Shown here: in pieces, positions 16,328 to 26,347 of the stretch
How positions within the stretch are numbered: position 1 is the first letter of the stretch
Layout: every line of letters begins with the position of its first letter
NCBI GenBank assembly: GCA_002773945.1
Contig: PEZT01000016.1
Coordinates: 11,655-75,654, forward strand
Length of the DNA: 64,000 nt
Source of the DNA: Candidatus Beckwithbacteria bacterium CG10_big_fil_rev_8_21_14_0_10_34_10
Lineage (GTDB): Bacteria > Patescibacteriota > Microgenomatia > UBA1400
Direction of reading: 5' to 3'
Notes under the pieces: generated by a model
The model's input: only the letters and a program-made list of their open reading frames with translations
Databases searched by the model: none
What the model was told of the DNA's origin: nothing
Translations under genes and position numbers: made by a program

Positions 16328-17079
16328 TCAGTTACTTTTTCTACTTCATATTCTTGCCATTCTGTTCCATCCCAGCCTAAAATCATGGGGTTTTCTAAAT
16401 CTTTATCTGTTTTAAAAGTTAGTTTACTTTTAGTTAGGTTTGTTTTGCTGGCAGTAAAAAATCCAATTGGTCCAGAAACTACTTCTCCTTTTACTTCTTT
16501 AGGTAAGCCCATAGTTGAGGAAACTACTAAAAAGGTGCTTTCAGATAAATCACCTTTTTCTATTTCTAAAGTTACCTTAGCATCTCTGGAACTAAAAATT
16601 CCTTTTTTTTCTAGCATTGTCCCAATAGTAAATTCACCTTTAAGGCTGTAATCTTCACTCCCTTCAAAGTAGAGGGTTAAACTGCCTCCAGTAACATCTT
16701 CATCGTAGCGGCATTTTCCTTTAGAACAAGAGCCTAAAAGGAGCCCTTTTCTAACTGGCGGTTTCTCTTCTAAAAAATCTATTCTTCCAAAAGCGCCTTG
16801 AATCATAGTCCCGGCTTGGTATTCCAGTTCATATTCTACTAGTTCTTCTTTTAACTTTAAGTTTTCAATGTTTAAGAACAATTCCCGACCATCCGTTCGA
16901 GGAATTAGGGTAATATAGGGTCTTTTTGTAAGTTCTAAAAGGTTAACTTCTTGTCTTTTTTTAGTCACCACTTGTTTAGTTTCTTCTGTTTTTTTCTTAT
17001 TTTTAATGGTTTTATAACCAAAAAAGCCAGCTGTTCCCAATAGAATAACACTAAGAATAATAATGATAATCTTTTTCAT
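16276..17079 (-). CDS. hypothetical exported or membrane-anchored protein
   Basis: N-terminal signal/anchor MKKIIIIILSVILLGTAGFFGY, then a K/E-rich linker and an about 200-aa domain with a CxxxxC pair (GSCSKGKC). Confidence 0.5.
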   Translation of the reverse strand: MKKIIIIILSVILLGTAGFFGYKTIKNKKKTEETKQVVTKKRQEVNLLELTKRPYITLIPRTDGRELFLNIENLKLKEELVEYELEYQAGTMIQGAFGRIDFLEEKPPVRKGLLLGSCSKGKCRYDEDVTGGSLTLYFEGSEDYSLKGEFTIGTMLEKKGIFSSRDAKVTLEIEKGDLSESTFLVVSSTMGLPKEVKGEVVSGPIGFFTASKTNLTKSKLTFKTDKDLENPMILGWDGTEWQEYEVEKVTEGYSTLINNLTTFVLVN

Positions 17080-18368
17080 TATTCCTCCAGTTTAGTTTTT
17101 AAATATTTTTTTAAATTGGAAATACTGACTCTTTCTTGTTTGGTGGTATCTCTGTCTCTAACGGTCAGGTCATCTTTTTTTAAGGAGTCAAAATCAATGG
17201 TTAAACAAAAAGGGGTTCCAATTTGGTCTTGAGCATAATAGCGCTTGCCAATGTTTCCCCGATCGTCCCAGTTAACTTCATAATCTTTTCTTAAATCATC
17301 ATAAACTGATCTGGCCTTTTTAACTAATTCTTGCTTGTTAGAAAGAAGCGGGAAAACAGCCGCTTTAAATGGAGCTACTTTTGGATCAAAAGCTAGAATT
17401 TCTCTATCTTTATCTTTTTTATAACTGTCCACCAAAACAGCTAAAGTTAATCTTTCTACCCCCACTGATGGTTCAATAACATAAGGATAAACCTTTTCTC
17501 CCTTATCATTGGTGAGACTTAAATCTTTACCAGAATGTTTAGAATGAGTTTTTAAGTCATAATCAGTCCGATTAGCTACTCCTTCCAATTCCCCCCAGCC
17601 AAAGGGGAACTTAAACTCAATATCAACTGTTCTTTTGGAGTAGTGGGCTAAACTTTCTTTAGGATGGTCAAAAAAGCGAAGATTATTTTTATTTAATTTT
17701 AAAACATTCAAATACCATTTCATTCTTTTTTCTTTCCAGTCTTCAAAATATTTTTCATCCTCTTTAGGATCGACAAAATATTCCATTTCCATTTGCTCCA
17801 TTTCCCTGTCTCTAAAGATAAAGTTACCGGTAGTAATCTCATTTCTAAAGGCTTTACCAATCTGGGCAATCCCAAAAGGAAGCTTGGGCCTCATGGAATC
17901 AACTACACCGGCAAAGTTTGTGAAAATCCCTTGACAGGTTTCTGGTCGAAGGTAGGCCTTAGAAGCTGTTTCTTCAGTTGGTCCAATAAAGGTTTTAAAC
18001 ATTAAGTTAAACTGTTTAACTTCTGTCAGCTTTCCCTGACACTCTGGGCATTTATCCCCTTTTAAATGATCTACCCTAAACCGCTTATGACAGGATTTAC
18101 ATTCCTGCAAAGGATCAGTAAAAGAAACTGTGTGTCCTGAAGCTTCCCAGACTTTGGGATTATGAATGACGGTTGAATCTAAAGGATAAATGTTATCATT
18201 TTTTAAAACCATCTCTTGCCACCAAAGATTTTTTAAATTTCTGGTTAACCTTACTCCTAAAGGACCAAAATCCCAAAAACCCCCAATTCCTCCATAAATC
18301 TCTGAAGAAGGAAAAATAAACCCCCGCTGCTTACATAAAGAAACTAATTTTTCCATTAAATTATCCAT
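17079..18368 (-). CDS. glyQS: glycine--tRNA ligase (alpha2 dimeric type)
   Basis: FIFPSSEIYGGIGGFWDFGPLG...CKSCHKRFRVDHL...FRNEITTGNFIFRDREMEQMEMEYF...GVANRTDYDL; class II motifs. Confidence 0.85.
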   Translation of the reverse strand: MDNLMEKLVSLCKQRGFIFPSSEIYGGIGGFWDFGPLGVRLTRNLKNLWWQEMVLKNDNIYPLDSTVIHNPKVWEASGHTVSFTDPLQECKSCHKRFRVDHLKGDKCPECQGKLTEVKQFNLMFKTFIGPTEETASKAYLRPETCQGIFTNFAGVVDSMRPKLPFGIAQIGKAFRNEITTGNFIFRDREMEQMEMEYFVDPKEDEKYFEDWKEKRMKWYLNVLKLNKNNLRFFDHPKESLAHYSKRTVDIEFKFPFGWGELEGVANRTDYDLKTHSKHSGKDLSLTNDKGEKVYPYVIEPSVGVERLTLAVLVDSYKKDKDREILAFDPKVAPFKAAVFPLLSNKQELVKKARSVYDDLRKDYEVNWDDRGNIGKRYYAQDQIGTPFCLTIDFDSLKKDDLTVRDRDTTKQERVSISNLKKYLKTKLEE

Positions 18369-18387
18369 AAAATAGATTTTAAACCGA

Positions 18388-18936
18388 TTAAGAGATACTT
18401 TTCAAGAAGGAAGATGAATTAAGTTTTTTTTCCATGATATTTTCTAGGTGGTTATTCAAGTCTTTTATGTCTAATGATTGAGGTAAACCAAAGCCAGTGT
18501 TTTTTAAAAGCTCTATTTTAAATTCTTTTTCTAAGGCTTTTAAATTAGAATTTTCTTTATTTAATCTTTCTAAACTTTGCTTTAAAACTTCAAAAACTCT
18601 GGTATTTTTCTGGTTGTCTTGAAGAAAGCGGTCAGTAAGTTCACAAAACTCATAAGCTAAGCTAATTTTTGCTAAATCTTTTTTAAAACTATTAAAGGAG
18701 TTTAAAAGCTGAGTTTCAGTAATAATGTCCAGGTTTTTTCCTCTGGCTGAATAAATATCCACAAGGTTGAATAACTCTAAAGAAGGCGCTTTTCTGGATT
18801 TTACTTTCCTGACTCCTTTGGCAATTAAACTAAGCTTGCCATATTGTTTAGAATAGGCTGTTAAAATCCGATCCGCTTCAGAAAAGTTAATTCTTTTAAG
18901 AATAATGGCTTGAACCTTAAATGTTTTTGGTCTCAC
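18388..18936 (-). CDS. recO: DNA repair protein RecO, short form (OB-fold N-domain, no zinc-finger region)
   Basis: VQAIILKRINFSEADRILTAYSKQYGKLSLIAKGVRKVKSR aligns with the E. coli RecO N-terminus ([39 protein letters not shown]); 182 aa. Confidence 0.65.
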   Translation of the reverse strand: MRPKTFKVQAIILKRINFSEADRILTAYSKQYGKLSLIAKGVRKVKSRKAPSLELFNLVDIYSARGKNLDIITETQLLNSFNSFKKDLAKISLAYEFCELTDRFLQDNQKNTRVFEVLKQSLERLNKENSNLKALEKEFKIELLKNTGFGLPQSLDIKDLNNHLENIMEKKLNSSSFLKSIS

Positions 18937-18939
18937 TTT

Positions 18940-21081
18940 TTAGAAGTTAAATTCAATTTCTTTGTCTTCTCTCAGTTCAAATTCTTCTTCTTGATCCCCA
19001 AATATGACTTGGTACTGATGACCTTCCGTCCCTGGTTGTTTTTGAATCAAAAGCTTGTAGTTATCACCGGAAGTTAGATTAAATGGCAGTTTATACTTTA
19101 AAACTAATTTGGCTCTGCCTCCGCCTCCCCTAACAGTGAAAAAACCATCAAAATATGTTTTTCCTAAATCAGTCTTAGTTTCCATCTCCACTTCTGAACC
19201 TAGGCTTTCAATTAACTTAGACCCTTCGGGTACATAAATTCTTATATAATTTCTTAAAATACTGTTTAAACAAAGGCCTTCTTTTCTCTCTAGGTTACAA
19301 TTATCAGTTGGCTCAGGATTTTCATAAGTTAAAGTTAAAGTCTTTATTATTTCACCCGACTCATTAATCTCAATTTCCTGTTCTACTTTATGATTGGTAA
19401 AAAGATTGGATTTAGCCCCCCCAAAATTTGAATCATTTATATGAAGGTAGTCCCACTCATAAGGCTTAATCCTGCCGGCTGCTCCATAAGATTGGGCCGC
19501 TTCCTCTAAGTAGGAATCCGAAAAATATAGTAAGACATGTTTTTCTTTTAAAAGCCTTAGACCTGTAGAAAACAAATCTGGCCAAAGCTGCTTGGGACTA
19601 CCCATGGCTTTAAACATAATTTGTTGCATCATTGGGCCTAAAATAGTTTGTTTTCGATTACCTGCTTGAGTCGGTAAAGGCTGATCAACAATGTATTCTA
19701 ATTCACAAATAACATTGGCTACTCCATGACACCTTTGATCTTCTTCAGTGGTAAATTTGCCGTATCCTGGCACATCAATTGGTCCTAAAATATCAATTAA
19801 GTCCTTTAAAACATAAGTATCAACCGTAATAATCCCATCCACTTCTTCTTCGCCCGGAACTTTGTCATAGTATTTTATAAAAGTGTCCATCGAGACTTTA
19901 AAGTCAGGGGATAAATTCATGTCCCGAAGGTAAAAATAAGGAACAATCCCCGTATCTAAATCACTACTAAATAGATATTTCTCGATTGACTCTGGGGCTT
20001 CAATCCTGGGTTTATATTTCTTATCTAAGGAATAAATATCATCACTTTTTAAAGACCTGACTTTACCAGAATCAAATTCTAGCACTGAAAAAGCCGTCAT
20101 AAAACCACCAGTCGCTCTTAGCTCACCGTCATTTTGAAAGATAACTAAATACTTTTTCTTATCTGGATAACCTAGTATTTCCGGTAAGACACTTAAGATG
20201 GGTTTAGCTTCAGAAATGCCTTTAGATGTTTCTGCTAAAGTCTTTTTAGCTATAATTATATTTTCTCTAATTTTCTTACCTCTAAATTCTTCTGGATAAC
20301 GTTTAGGGTTAATTTTTGAAAGTTCTTCTTGAGCCGCCTCAAGTTTATCGGCCATGGCATCAATTTCCGAGGTAACTTTCTCTAAAGTTTGAACGATTTT
20401 AACAATTCTGTCTTCAGCTGTCCCTCCCATAAAACTACCTTGACCTGTAAATCCTAAAACATCAGCATAGGGAGTAATCGCGGCTACCATTACTTCACCA
20501 GCCTGAATGCCAGATAATCCGGCTTTTAAAAGACTCTGGCCATCTTCATAATAACTGCTAACAAAGGGAATAATTTTTAAATAAGCCAGGCGGCTATACT
20601 TTTTTTCCGTTTCTTTTAAAGATTCTTCAGTTTGGCTGATTTTTTCCTCTGCTAATACTAAATCCTGATTTTTACCTGCTTGATAGGCTTCTTGGGCTAA
20701 AAGATAAGTCTTCTTAGCTGAAGAAATAAGAGGTTTAGCTAAAATTAAAGTCGGGACAGCTAAAAGAAGAAAAAAACCTAAAATAACTAAAAGGGGAATA
20801 AAAAGGGCCTTTTTTTTAAGCTGAGGGAGTTTAAATCGGGGCAGCTTTAATTTAAATTTCTTTTTAGAAGAAGTGGAAAAGGAGGCCTTTTCAATGTTAG
20901 TTTCAATCTTCTCCTTTTTTAAATCAGAAGGAAAAAGAGTTTCTTTGTTTCCAGAAGTTTTCTCTTTCCCAATATTTTTATCTTCTTTCTTCTCAATTTC
21001 CTTATCTTCAGTTCCTTTTCTAGCTTCTGTTTTTTCTTGGCTTTTATCTTTAATAGTGATTTTTTTAAGTCCAATTACCAT
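18940..21081 (-). CDS. large exported protein with an N-terminal charged tail and a single TM; DUF4012-like by size and topology, though I cannot verify the family here
   Basis: K/E-rich 90-aa N-terminus, then TM LFIPLLVILGFFLLLAVPTLILA and an about 600-aa extracytoplasmic domain (…NDGELRATGGFMTAFSVLEFDSGK…); lies adjacent to the initiating sugar transferase. Confidence 0.45.
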   Translation of the reverse strand: MVIGLKKITIKDKSQEKTEARKGTEDKEIEKKEDKNIGKEKTSGNKETLFPSDLKKEKIETNIEKASFSTSSKKKFKLKLPRFKLPQLKKKALFIPLLVILGFFLLLAVPTLILAKPLISSAKKTYLLAQEAYQAGKNQDLVLAEEKISQTEESLKETEKKYSRLAYLKIIPFVSSYYEDGQSLLKAGLSGIQAGEVMVAAITPYADVLGFTGQGSFMGGTAEDRIVKIVQTLEKVTSEIDAMADKLEAAQEELSKINPKRYPEEFRGKKIRENIIIAKKTLAETSKGISEAKPILSVLPEILGYPDKKKYLVIFQNDGELRATGGFMTAFSVLEFDSGKVRSLKSDDIYSLDKKYKPRIEAPESIEKYLFSSDLDTGIVPYFYLRDMNLSPDFKVSMDTFIKYYDKVPGEEEVDGIITVDTYVLKDLIDILGPIDVPGYGKFTTEEDQRCHGVANVICELEYIVDQPLPTQAGNRKQTILGPMMQQIMFKAMGSPKQLWPDLFSTGLRLLKEKHVLLYFSDSYLEEAAQSYGAAGRIKPYEWDYLHINDSNFGGAKSNLFTNHKVEQEIEINESGEIIKTLTLTYENPEPTDNCNLERKEGLCLNSILRNYIRIYVPEGSKLIESLGSEVEMETKTDLGKTYFDGFFTVRGGGGRAKLVLKYKLPFNLTSGDNYKLLIQKQPGTEGHQYQVIFGDQEEEFELREDKEIEFNF

Positions 21082-21689
21082 TTACTAACCATGGCTTCTG
21101 GAGTTTTTAAAATAATATTTAAATCCCCCCAGAAGGACAGGCCTTTAGAATAATCATAATCCATTTTAGCTCTTTTGACAAAAGGAATTTCATTTCTACC
21201 TGAGGTTTGCCAGACACCAGTTACACCAGGCTTAACCAACATTATACTTCTAATCCATTTTTTAGTCTGAGGATATTTTTTGGTTTGTTCTTTTATTTCC
21301 TGCTTTACATAAGCTCGCGGTCCAACTAAACTCATCTCTCCTCTTAAAACATTAAAAAGCTGAGGAAATTCATCAATGGTTAAGTTTCTTAAAATCCGGC
21401 CTAACTTGGTAATCCGAGGATCATTTTTCAATTTCCAATCTCCATTTTTAAACTCAGCTAAAAGCCTTTTGTTGTGAAGAAGGATTTTGTCAGCATTTGT
21501 AACCATAGTTCTGAATTTGTAGAGCCAGAATTCTTTTCCATTCATTCCTATCCTCCGATGACGGTAAAAAATTGGGGTTCCAGATTCAAAATAAATTAAA
21601 AGGGGAGTAATAATCCAAACCGGTAAAAATAAAACCGCTAAAAAGATAGCAAAAACAATATCAATTACTCTTTTAATATCTTGATACAT
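21075..21689 (-). CDS. small (PglC-type) polyprenyl-phosphate hexose-1-phosphate transferase (bacterial sugar transferase)
   Basis: Re-entrant N-terminal helix, then ...DEFPQLFNVLRGEMSLVGPRA...GVTGVWQTSGRNEI; the hallmark monotopic phosphoglycosyltransferase (PGT) motifs. Confidence 0.85.
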   Translation of the reverse strand: MYQDIKRVIDIVFAIFLAVLFLPVWIITPLLIYFESGTPIFYRHRRIGMNGKEFWLYKFRTMVTNADKILLHNKRLLAEFKNGDWKLKNDPRITKLGRILRNLTIDEFPQLFNVLRGEMSLVGPRAYVKQEIKEQTKKYPQTKKWIRSIMLVKPGVTGVWQTSGRNEIPFVKRAKMDYDYSKGLSFWGDLNIILKTPEAMVSKW

Positions 21690-21692
21690 TAT

Positions 21693-22781
21693 TTATTTTT
21701 CAAAAAGTTTTTTATAAAGCTTTTTAACTAATGGGGCTTTATTCATTGAACAAACAAGTAAACCCTGAGGCGTATCAACCACTATTACCCCAGACAATCC
21801 AATAATTCCGGCTACCTTATCATCTCTTGAAAAAACCAAAGAATCTTTAGTTTCCATTAACTCAGTTTTGCCAAAAGAAACATTTCCTGCTTTATCTTTT
21901 GGTAAACCATGATAAATTAGTTCCCAGGTGCCTAAATCAACCCAACCAATATTAACTGGCAGCTCCAATTGACTCCCGGGTTCTAGTTTTTCAAACAAAC
22001 CAAAGTCAACTGAGTTTTTTTCAATTTTATGATATTCTTCTTTCAATACCCTCTCATAATCCTTTGTTCCCATGGCTTTTGAAATTTTTTCAATATGTTT
22101 AAAACAATCAGGCGCATGTTTTCGATATTTTTCTAAAAGAAGGTTTGGTTTACAAACCATATACCCAGAATGAATTAAGTAAGAACCAGACTTAAAGAAT
22201 TTTTCCGCTGTCTTAAGATCGGGTTTTTCTACTTGTTTAATAAACTCATAAGTTTCAAAACCATCTTCTTCCTTTATTTTTTTTCCAATTTTAATCCAGC
22301 CATTATGAACTGATGGATAAGTAGGCTTCATATCAATATGAACAATAACATCATCTTCTCTAGCCAGTTGAGAAGCTTTTTTTAAAGCTTTTATAAAAGC
22401 CTCTTCTTTTTGAACTAAATGATCGGCTCCCCAAAGGATTACCATCACCGAATCTGGAAAGTGATAATTAATATAAGCCGCTGATAAAGCCACGGCGCCC
22501 AAAGTATCTCTCATTTCAGGCTCTAAGATTACATTTCTAAAAGGAATTTCAGGAGCTTGCTTAGCAATAGTTTTTTTAAACTGACTGCCCGTGGAAATAA
22601 AAATATCCTTGCTTGAAAAACCCTTTAAAACCCTTTTTATGGCTGCCCTAAAAAAAGAAGTCTGACCCAAAACAGGATCAAATTGTTTAGGATGTCCGAC
22701 TTTACTAATTGGCCACATTCTTGTCCCTCGACCACCGCAAAAAAGAACTATTTTGACATTCTGCTCTGATAACTTAGCCAT
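21693..22781 (-). CDS. manC: mannose-1-phosphate guanylyltransferase-like nucleotidyltransferase
   Basis: VLFCGGRGTRMWPISKVGHPKQF, comparable to ManC [22 protein letters not shown]; 362 aa with no obvious C-terminal cupin domain. Confidence 0.7.
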   Translation of the reverse strand: MAKLSEQNVKIVLFCGGRGTRMWPISKVGHPKQFDPVLGQTSFFRAAIKRVLKGFSSKDIFISTGSQFKKTIAKQAPEIPFRNVILEPEMRDTLGAVALSAAYINYHFPDSVMVILWGADHLVQKEEAFIKALKKASQLAREDDVIVHIDMKPTYPSVHNGWIKIGKKIKEEDGFETYEFIKQVEKPDLKTAEKFFKSGSYLIHSGYMVCKPNLLLEKYRKHAPDCFKHIEKISKAMGTKDYERVLKEEYHKIEKNSVDFGLFEKLEPGSQLELPVNIGWVDLGTWELIYHGLPKDKAGNVSFGKTELMETKDSLVFSRDDKVAGIIGLSGVIVVDTPQGLLVCSMNKAPLVKKLYKKLFEK

Positions 22782-23893
22782 TCTCCCTCCACATATTTTT
22801 TAAATTTTTCCTTAAAAATCTTTTCATTATACTTTAAAGCATTATTACGACTTTCTTTAGGATCAAATCTTTTGTTTCCAAATTCTTTAGCTGCTTTAAT
22901 TAAATCAGATTTTTTCTGTTTGGAAAATAGGATGCCTGTCTTTCCCCTAATAACAGTTTCTCCCATTCCCCCTTTTTCAAAGGCAATTATTGGCTTGCCG
23001 CAGGCCTGAGCTTCAATCCCCACCAAACCTAAATCCTCTTCTCCGGCAAACACAAAGGCCAAACATTTTTGATAATAACCTATTAAATCCTTGTCAGTCA
23101 AATCTTTGCTTAAAAATTCAATGTTTGGCTTAGCCATTCTTTTTAATTTGTTTTTTTCTTTCCCGTCGCCAATTATCTTTAAAGGTAAAGCTAGATCATT
23201 AAAAGCTTTAATAATTAAATCTATTCTTTTATAAGAAACTAGACGGGAGACAGTCAAAAAATATGGCTTATTTTTTTTTCCGTTTTTCTCATCATCCTCT
23301 TCTTTTAAGGGTATAAACTTATTAATATTAACCGGTGGATAAATTACATCTGAATCCCTTTGATAATGTTTTTTAATTCTTTTTTGAACGGTTTTGGAAA
23401 TAGCCAGATACAGATCCGGTCTTTGGCTGGCTATTTTATCCCAGGTTTTAAGTTTTCTTAAAACTGGTTTGATTATTAATTTAGCTAAAGGGTTTAACCA
23501 GCCAAACTGAAGATTATTAGAATAATGCTTAAAGCCATTCCATAAATATCGTGTCGGGGTTAAACAATAATTAAGGTGGAAAGTTGAGGGAGAAGTAATT
23601 ATTCCTTTTGCTTCAGCTGAGGAAACACTAATAACCACATCAAAGCCGGAAAAATCAAAGCTCTCAAAAGCAAAGGGCATTAAAAAAGGGTAAAGCTCAT
23701 GATGTTTTTTAGCTAAAGGAATTTTTTGAACAAAAGAAGAAATAACTTTAAAGCATGAAGCCCAAGGGGCGCCCATAGGATCATAAACAGAAGTATATAA
23801 AGGAGCATCAGGCCAGATTTTGTGGAGGGCTAATAAAACTCTTTCTGCCCCTCCAAATTTATTTACTCGATCGTAAACTAAAGCAACTTTCAT
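22748..23893 (-). CDS. glycosyltransferase family 4 (GT-B)
   Basis: EDLGLVGIEAQACGKPIIAFEKGGMGETV, the E-x7-E type GT4 C-terminal motif. Confidence 0.75.
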   Translation of the reverse strand: MKVALVYDRVNKFGGAERVLLALHKIWPDAPLYTSVYDPMGAPWASCFKVISSFVQKIPLAKKHHELYPFLMPFAFESFDFSGFDVVISVSSAEAKGIITSPSTFHLNYCLTPTRYLWNGFKHYSNNLQFGWLNPLAKLIIKPVLRKLKTWDKIASQRPDLYLAISKTVQKRIKKHYQRDSDVIYPPVNINKFIPLKEEDDEKNGKKNKPYFLTVSRLVSYKRIDLIIKAFNDLALPLKIIGDGKEKNKLKRMAKPNIEFLSKDLTDKDLIGYYQKCLAFVFAGEEDLGLVGIEAQACGKPIIAFEKGGMGETVIRGKTGILFSKQKKSDLIKAAKEFGNKRFDPKESRNNALKYNEKIFKEKFKKYVEGEWLSYQSRMSK

Positions 23894-24290
23894 TTATATA
23901 TTTTTCAATTATTTCTTTATGATTAAAGGCTAATTTTTTTATGCTTTTCAACTTATCTAAAGTAAACCATTTATATTCTATAGAATATGGCGGATTAACC
24001 TCAATCTCTTTCTCACTTACCCTACCAACAAAAACAACTACTTCCTTAGTTTTCTGATCACCTTTTATAGGTAAGGAAAAAAGGTGTTTTCCTTTAAAAG
24101 ATTCTGTTTGTAAATCACAATTAACTTCTTCTATTACTCCCTTTTGTGGTTTAATTCCTTTTTTTGACTCGCCGATGCCACTAATTAAGGCCCAATAATT
24201 AACAAAAGGCTTTCTCCCTCTTTTAATAAGAAGAACTTTGCCCCTATCATTAATTATGATGGCACAAACAATCTTGTGTTTCTTTGTCAC
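23859..24290 (-). CDS. Nudix-like hydrolase, plausibly a GDP-mannose mannosyl hydrolase (Gmm/WcaH-like) given the adjacent ManC
   Basis: IVCAIIINDRGKVLLIKRGRKPFVNYWALISGIGESKKG...IEEV; a degenerate Nudix box; 143 aa. Confidence 0.45.
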   Translation of the reverse strand: MTKKHKIVCAIIINDRGKVLLIKRGRKPFVNYWALISGIGESKKGIKPQKGVIEEVNCDLQTESFKGKHLFSLPIKGDQKTKEVVVFVGRVSEKEIEVNPPYSIEYKWFTLDKLKSIKKLAFNHKEIIEKYINESCFSLRSSK

Positions 24291-24304
24291 TTCTTATGAT
24301 AACC

Positions 24305-25426
24305 TTAGAAATAAGCTTCCAAGGTTTTCCGGGCACACTTTTGCCAAGAATATTTTTTTACTTGATTCTTTCCTTTATTAACTAAAAATTGTTTTTCTTT
24401 TGAGGACAGCTTTAAAAAAGATATTATTTTATTCTTTATATCATCAACATTTTGAGGATCAAAATAAATGGCTCCATTTCCATAAACTTCCTTAAAAACC
24501 GGAATAGAACTGACTAATATTGGACACTGACTAGCCATGGCTTCTAAACCGGGTAAACCAAACCCCTCCATTAAAGAAGGATTTATAAAAGCCTCTGCTT
24601 GACTATATAAAACCTTTAAATCTTTATCAGTCACAAATCCAACCATCCTAACAAAATCTTGAGCCTTGAATTGACTGATTAATTTTTCAATCCGCTTTAA
24701 AAACACATCTCTAGAGCTCACAATGACTAAATTAAGCTTTTTATGGTTATTAACTGCTTTTATGGCTAAAATTAATCTCCTTACATTTTTATGAGGGTAA
24801 ACATTCCCGGTGTACAGAAAGTAAGGCTTTTTTATCTCATACTTTTCAATAACTTTTGGATCACTAGCCTTGCCCTCTTTTAAAAACCCTTGATCAACTC
24901 CCTCATAAATAACTTTAATTTTATTCTCATTAACCTGGTAAAATTTTAGGATTTCTTTTTTAACTGCCTTGGATGGAACAATAATCTTTCTGGATTTTAA
25001 AACACTATTCCTAAATATTTGCTTATAAGCTAAATACTTTAAAAAATATGTTAATGGAGATTTGGTGGTTGTTTCTAAACCCCTAGAGTAATGTTTAATT
25101 AAATCATGAATTGTGACTACAAATGGATATTTATCAAAATAAGGAACATTAAAGTGGGGAAAGTGAACTAAATCAGGCTTAATTTTACTTAATAGCTTGG
25201 GGATTTCAATTTGTTCTTTTAAAGAATAATGCTTAGCTGAAGAAAATACTAGTTTAATATTTTTAAACTCATTTAAAATGTTTTTATTGGTATTTTCTTG
25301 GGAAAAAATTAAATAAAATTCGCTTTTTTTATCTTGTTTTAAAATACTTTCAACAAGATTTTGAGTGTACCGGCCAAGGCCAGTATGCTTTACTCCCCAA
25401 AACCGGCAATCAATAACAATTTTCAT
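24305..25426 (-). CDS. glycosyltransferase family 4
   Basis: FINPSLMEGFGLPGLEAMASQCPILVSSIPVFKEV. Confidence 0.75.
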   Translation of the reverse strand: MKIVIDCRFWGVKHTGLGRYTQNLVESILKQDKKSEFYLIFSQENTNKNILNEFKNIKLVFSSAKHYSLKEQIEIPKLLSKIKPDLVHFPHFNVPYFDKYPFVVTIHDLIKHYSRGLETTTKSPLTYFLKYLAYKQIFRNSVLKSRKIIVPSKAVKKEILKFYQVNENKIKVIYEGVDQGFLKEGKASDPKVIEKYEIKKPYFLYTGNVYPHKNVRRLILAIKAVNNHKKLNLVIVSSRDVFLKRIEKLISQFKAQDFVRMVGFVTDKDLKVLYSQAEAFINPSLMEGFGLPGLEAMASQCPILVSSIPVFKEVYGNGAIYFDPQNVDDIKNKIISFLKLSSKEKQFLVNKGKNQVKKYSWQKCARKTLEAYF

Positions 25427-25429
25427 TTA

Positions 25430-26317
25430 TTAATCCTTAAATCGACTAATTAAATATATCCCCAGCAACACCAATGACCGAATTAACTTAGGATACTTAT
25501 TTTTATAATGTTTATCATAAAATAATTTCATAGTTTCAAAAAAATACTGATTGCTTTTTTGCTTAGTTACAAGGTCTTTTTGAGTAATTTCTGTACCCTT
25601 GTCTTTTCTTCGTCCAGATGATTTTTTAAAATGAATAATTTTAGTATTCGGATTATATCCTATTTTATACCCTGATTCTTTGATTCTATATGCTAAATCA
25701 ATGTCTTCAGCATACATAAAAAATTGTTCATCCAAAAGGCCAACTTTATCTAAAACTTCCTTTTTAATCATAAAGAAAGCACCGGAAATAGCATCAACTG
25801 AATGAACTTTGTCCAAGTTTTTCCAAGTTTGATGATATTGCCCAAATATTTTTGATTTAGGAAAAATCTTTTCCAGGCCGCTAAAATATGTTAGAGCCGC
25901 CCATGGCGTAGGAAAACCTCGATGACAGGCTGGATCAAGTTGCCCATTAATAAGTTCTATTTTGCATGTCCCTGCAACATACTTATTATATTTCATAAAA
26001 TGAAGCATATTTTTTAAAGTATTTTTTTTAAGAAGAGTGTCAGAGTTTAATAGAAGAATATATTTACCCCTAGAAATCCTTATTCCTTGATTATTAGCTT
26101 TGCTAAAACCTAAATTTTCTTTATTAAAAATATATTTAATATTGCAAAATGATTTTTTGAACATTGTTTGGCTACCGTCTTTTGAACCATTATCAATCAC
26201 TGTTAACTCCACTTTAAATTTCCCTAGGTCTGACTCTAAAAAAGATTTTATTAGGTTGCTTACTAAATCCTTGGTATTGTAGTTAACAATTATTATTGAT
26301 AAGTCGATGGCTTTCAT
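25430..26317 (-). CDS. glycosyltransferase family 2 (GT-A)
   Basis: LSIIIVNYNTKDL...VIDNGSKDGS...NLGFSKANNQGI...LLNSDT. Confidence 0.75.
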   Translation of the reverse strand: MKAIDLSIIIVNYNTKDLVSNLIKSFLESDLGKFKVELTVIDNGSKDGSQTMFKKSFCNIKYIFNKENLGFSKANNQGIRISRGKYILLLNSDTLLKKNTLKNMLHFMKYNKYVAGTCKIELINGQLDPACHRGFPTPWAALTYFSGLEKIFPKSKIFGQYHQTWKNLDKVHSVDAISGAFFMIKKEVLDKVGLLDEQFFMYAEDIDLAYRIKESGYKIGYNPNTKIIHFKKSSGRRKDKGTEITQKDLVTKQKSNQYFFETMKLFYDKHYKNKYPKLIRSLVLLGIYLISRFKD

Positions 26318-26347
26318 TTTTTTTCTATTTTTGTTTGATTAATTAAA

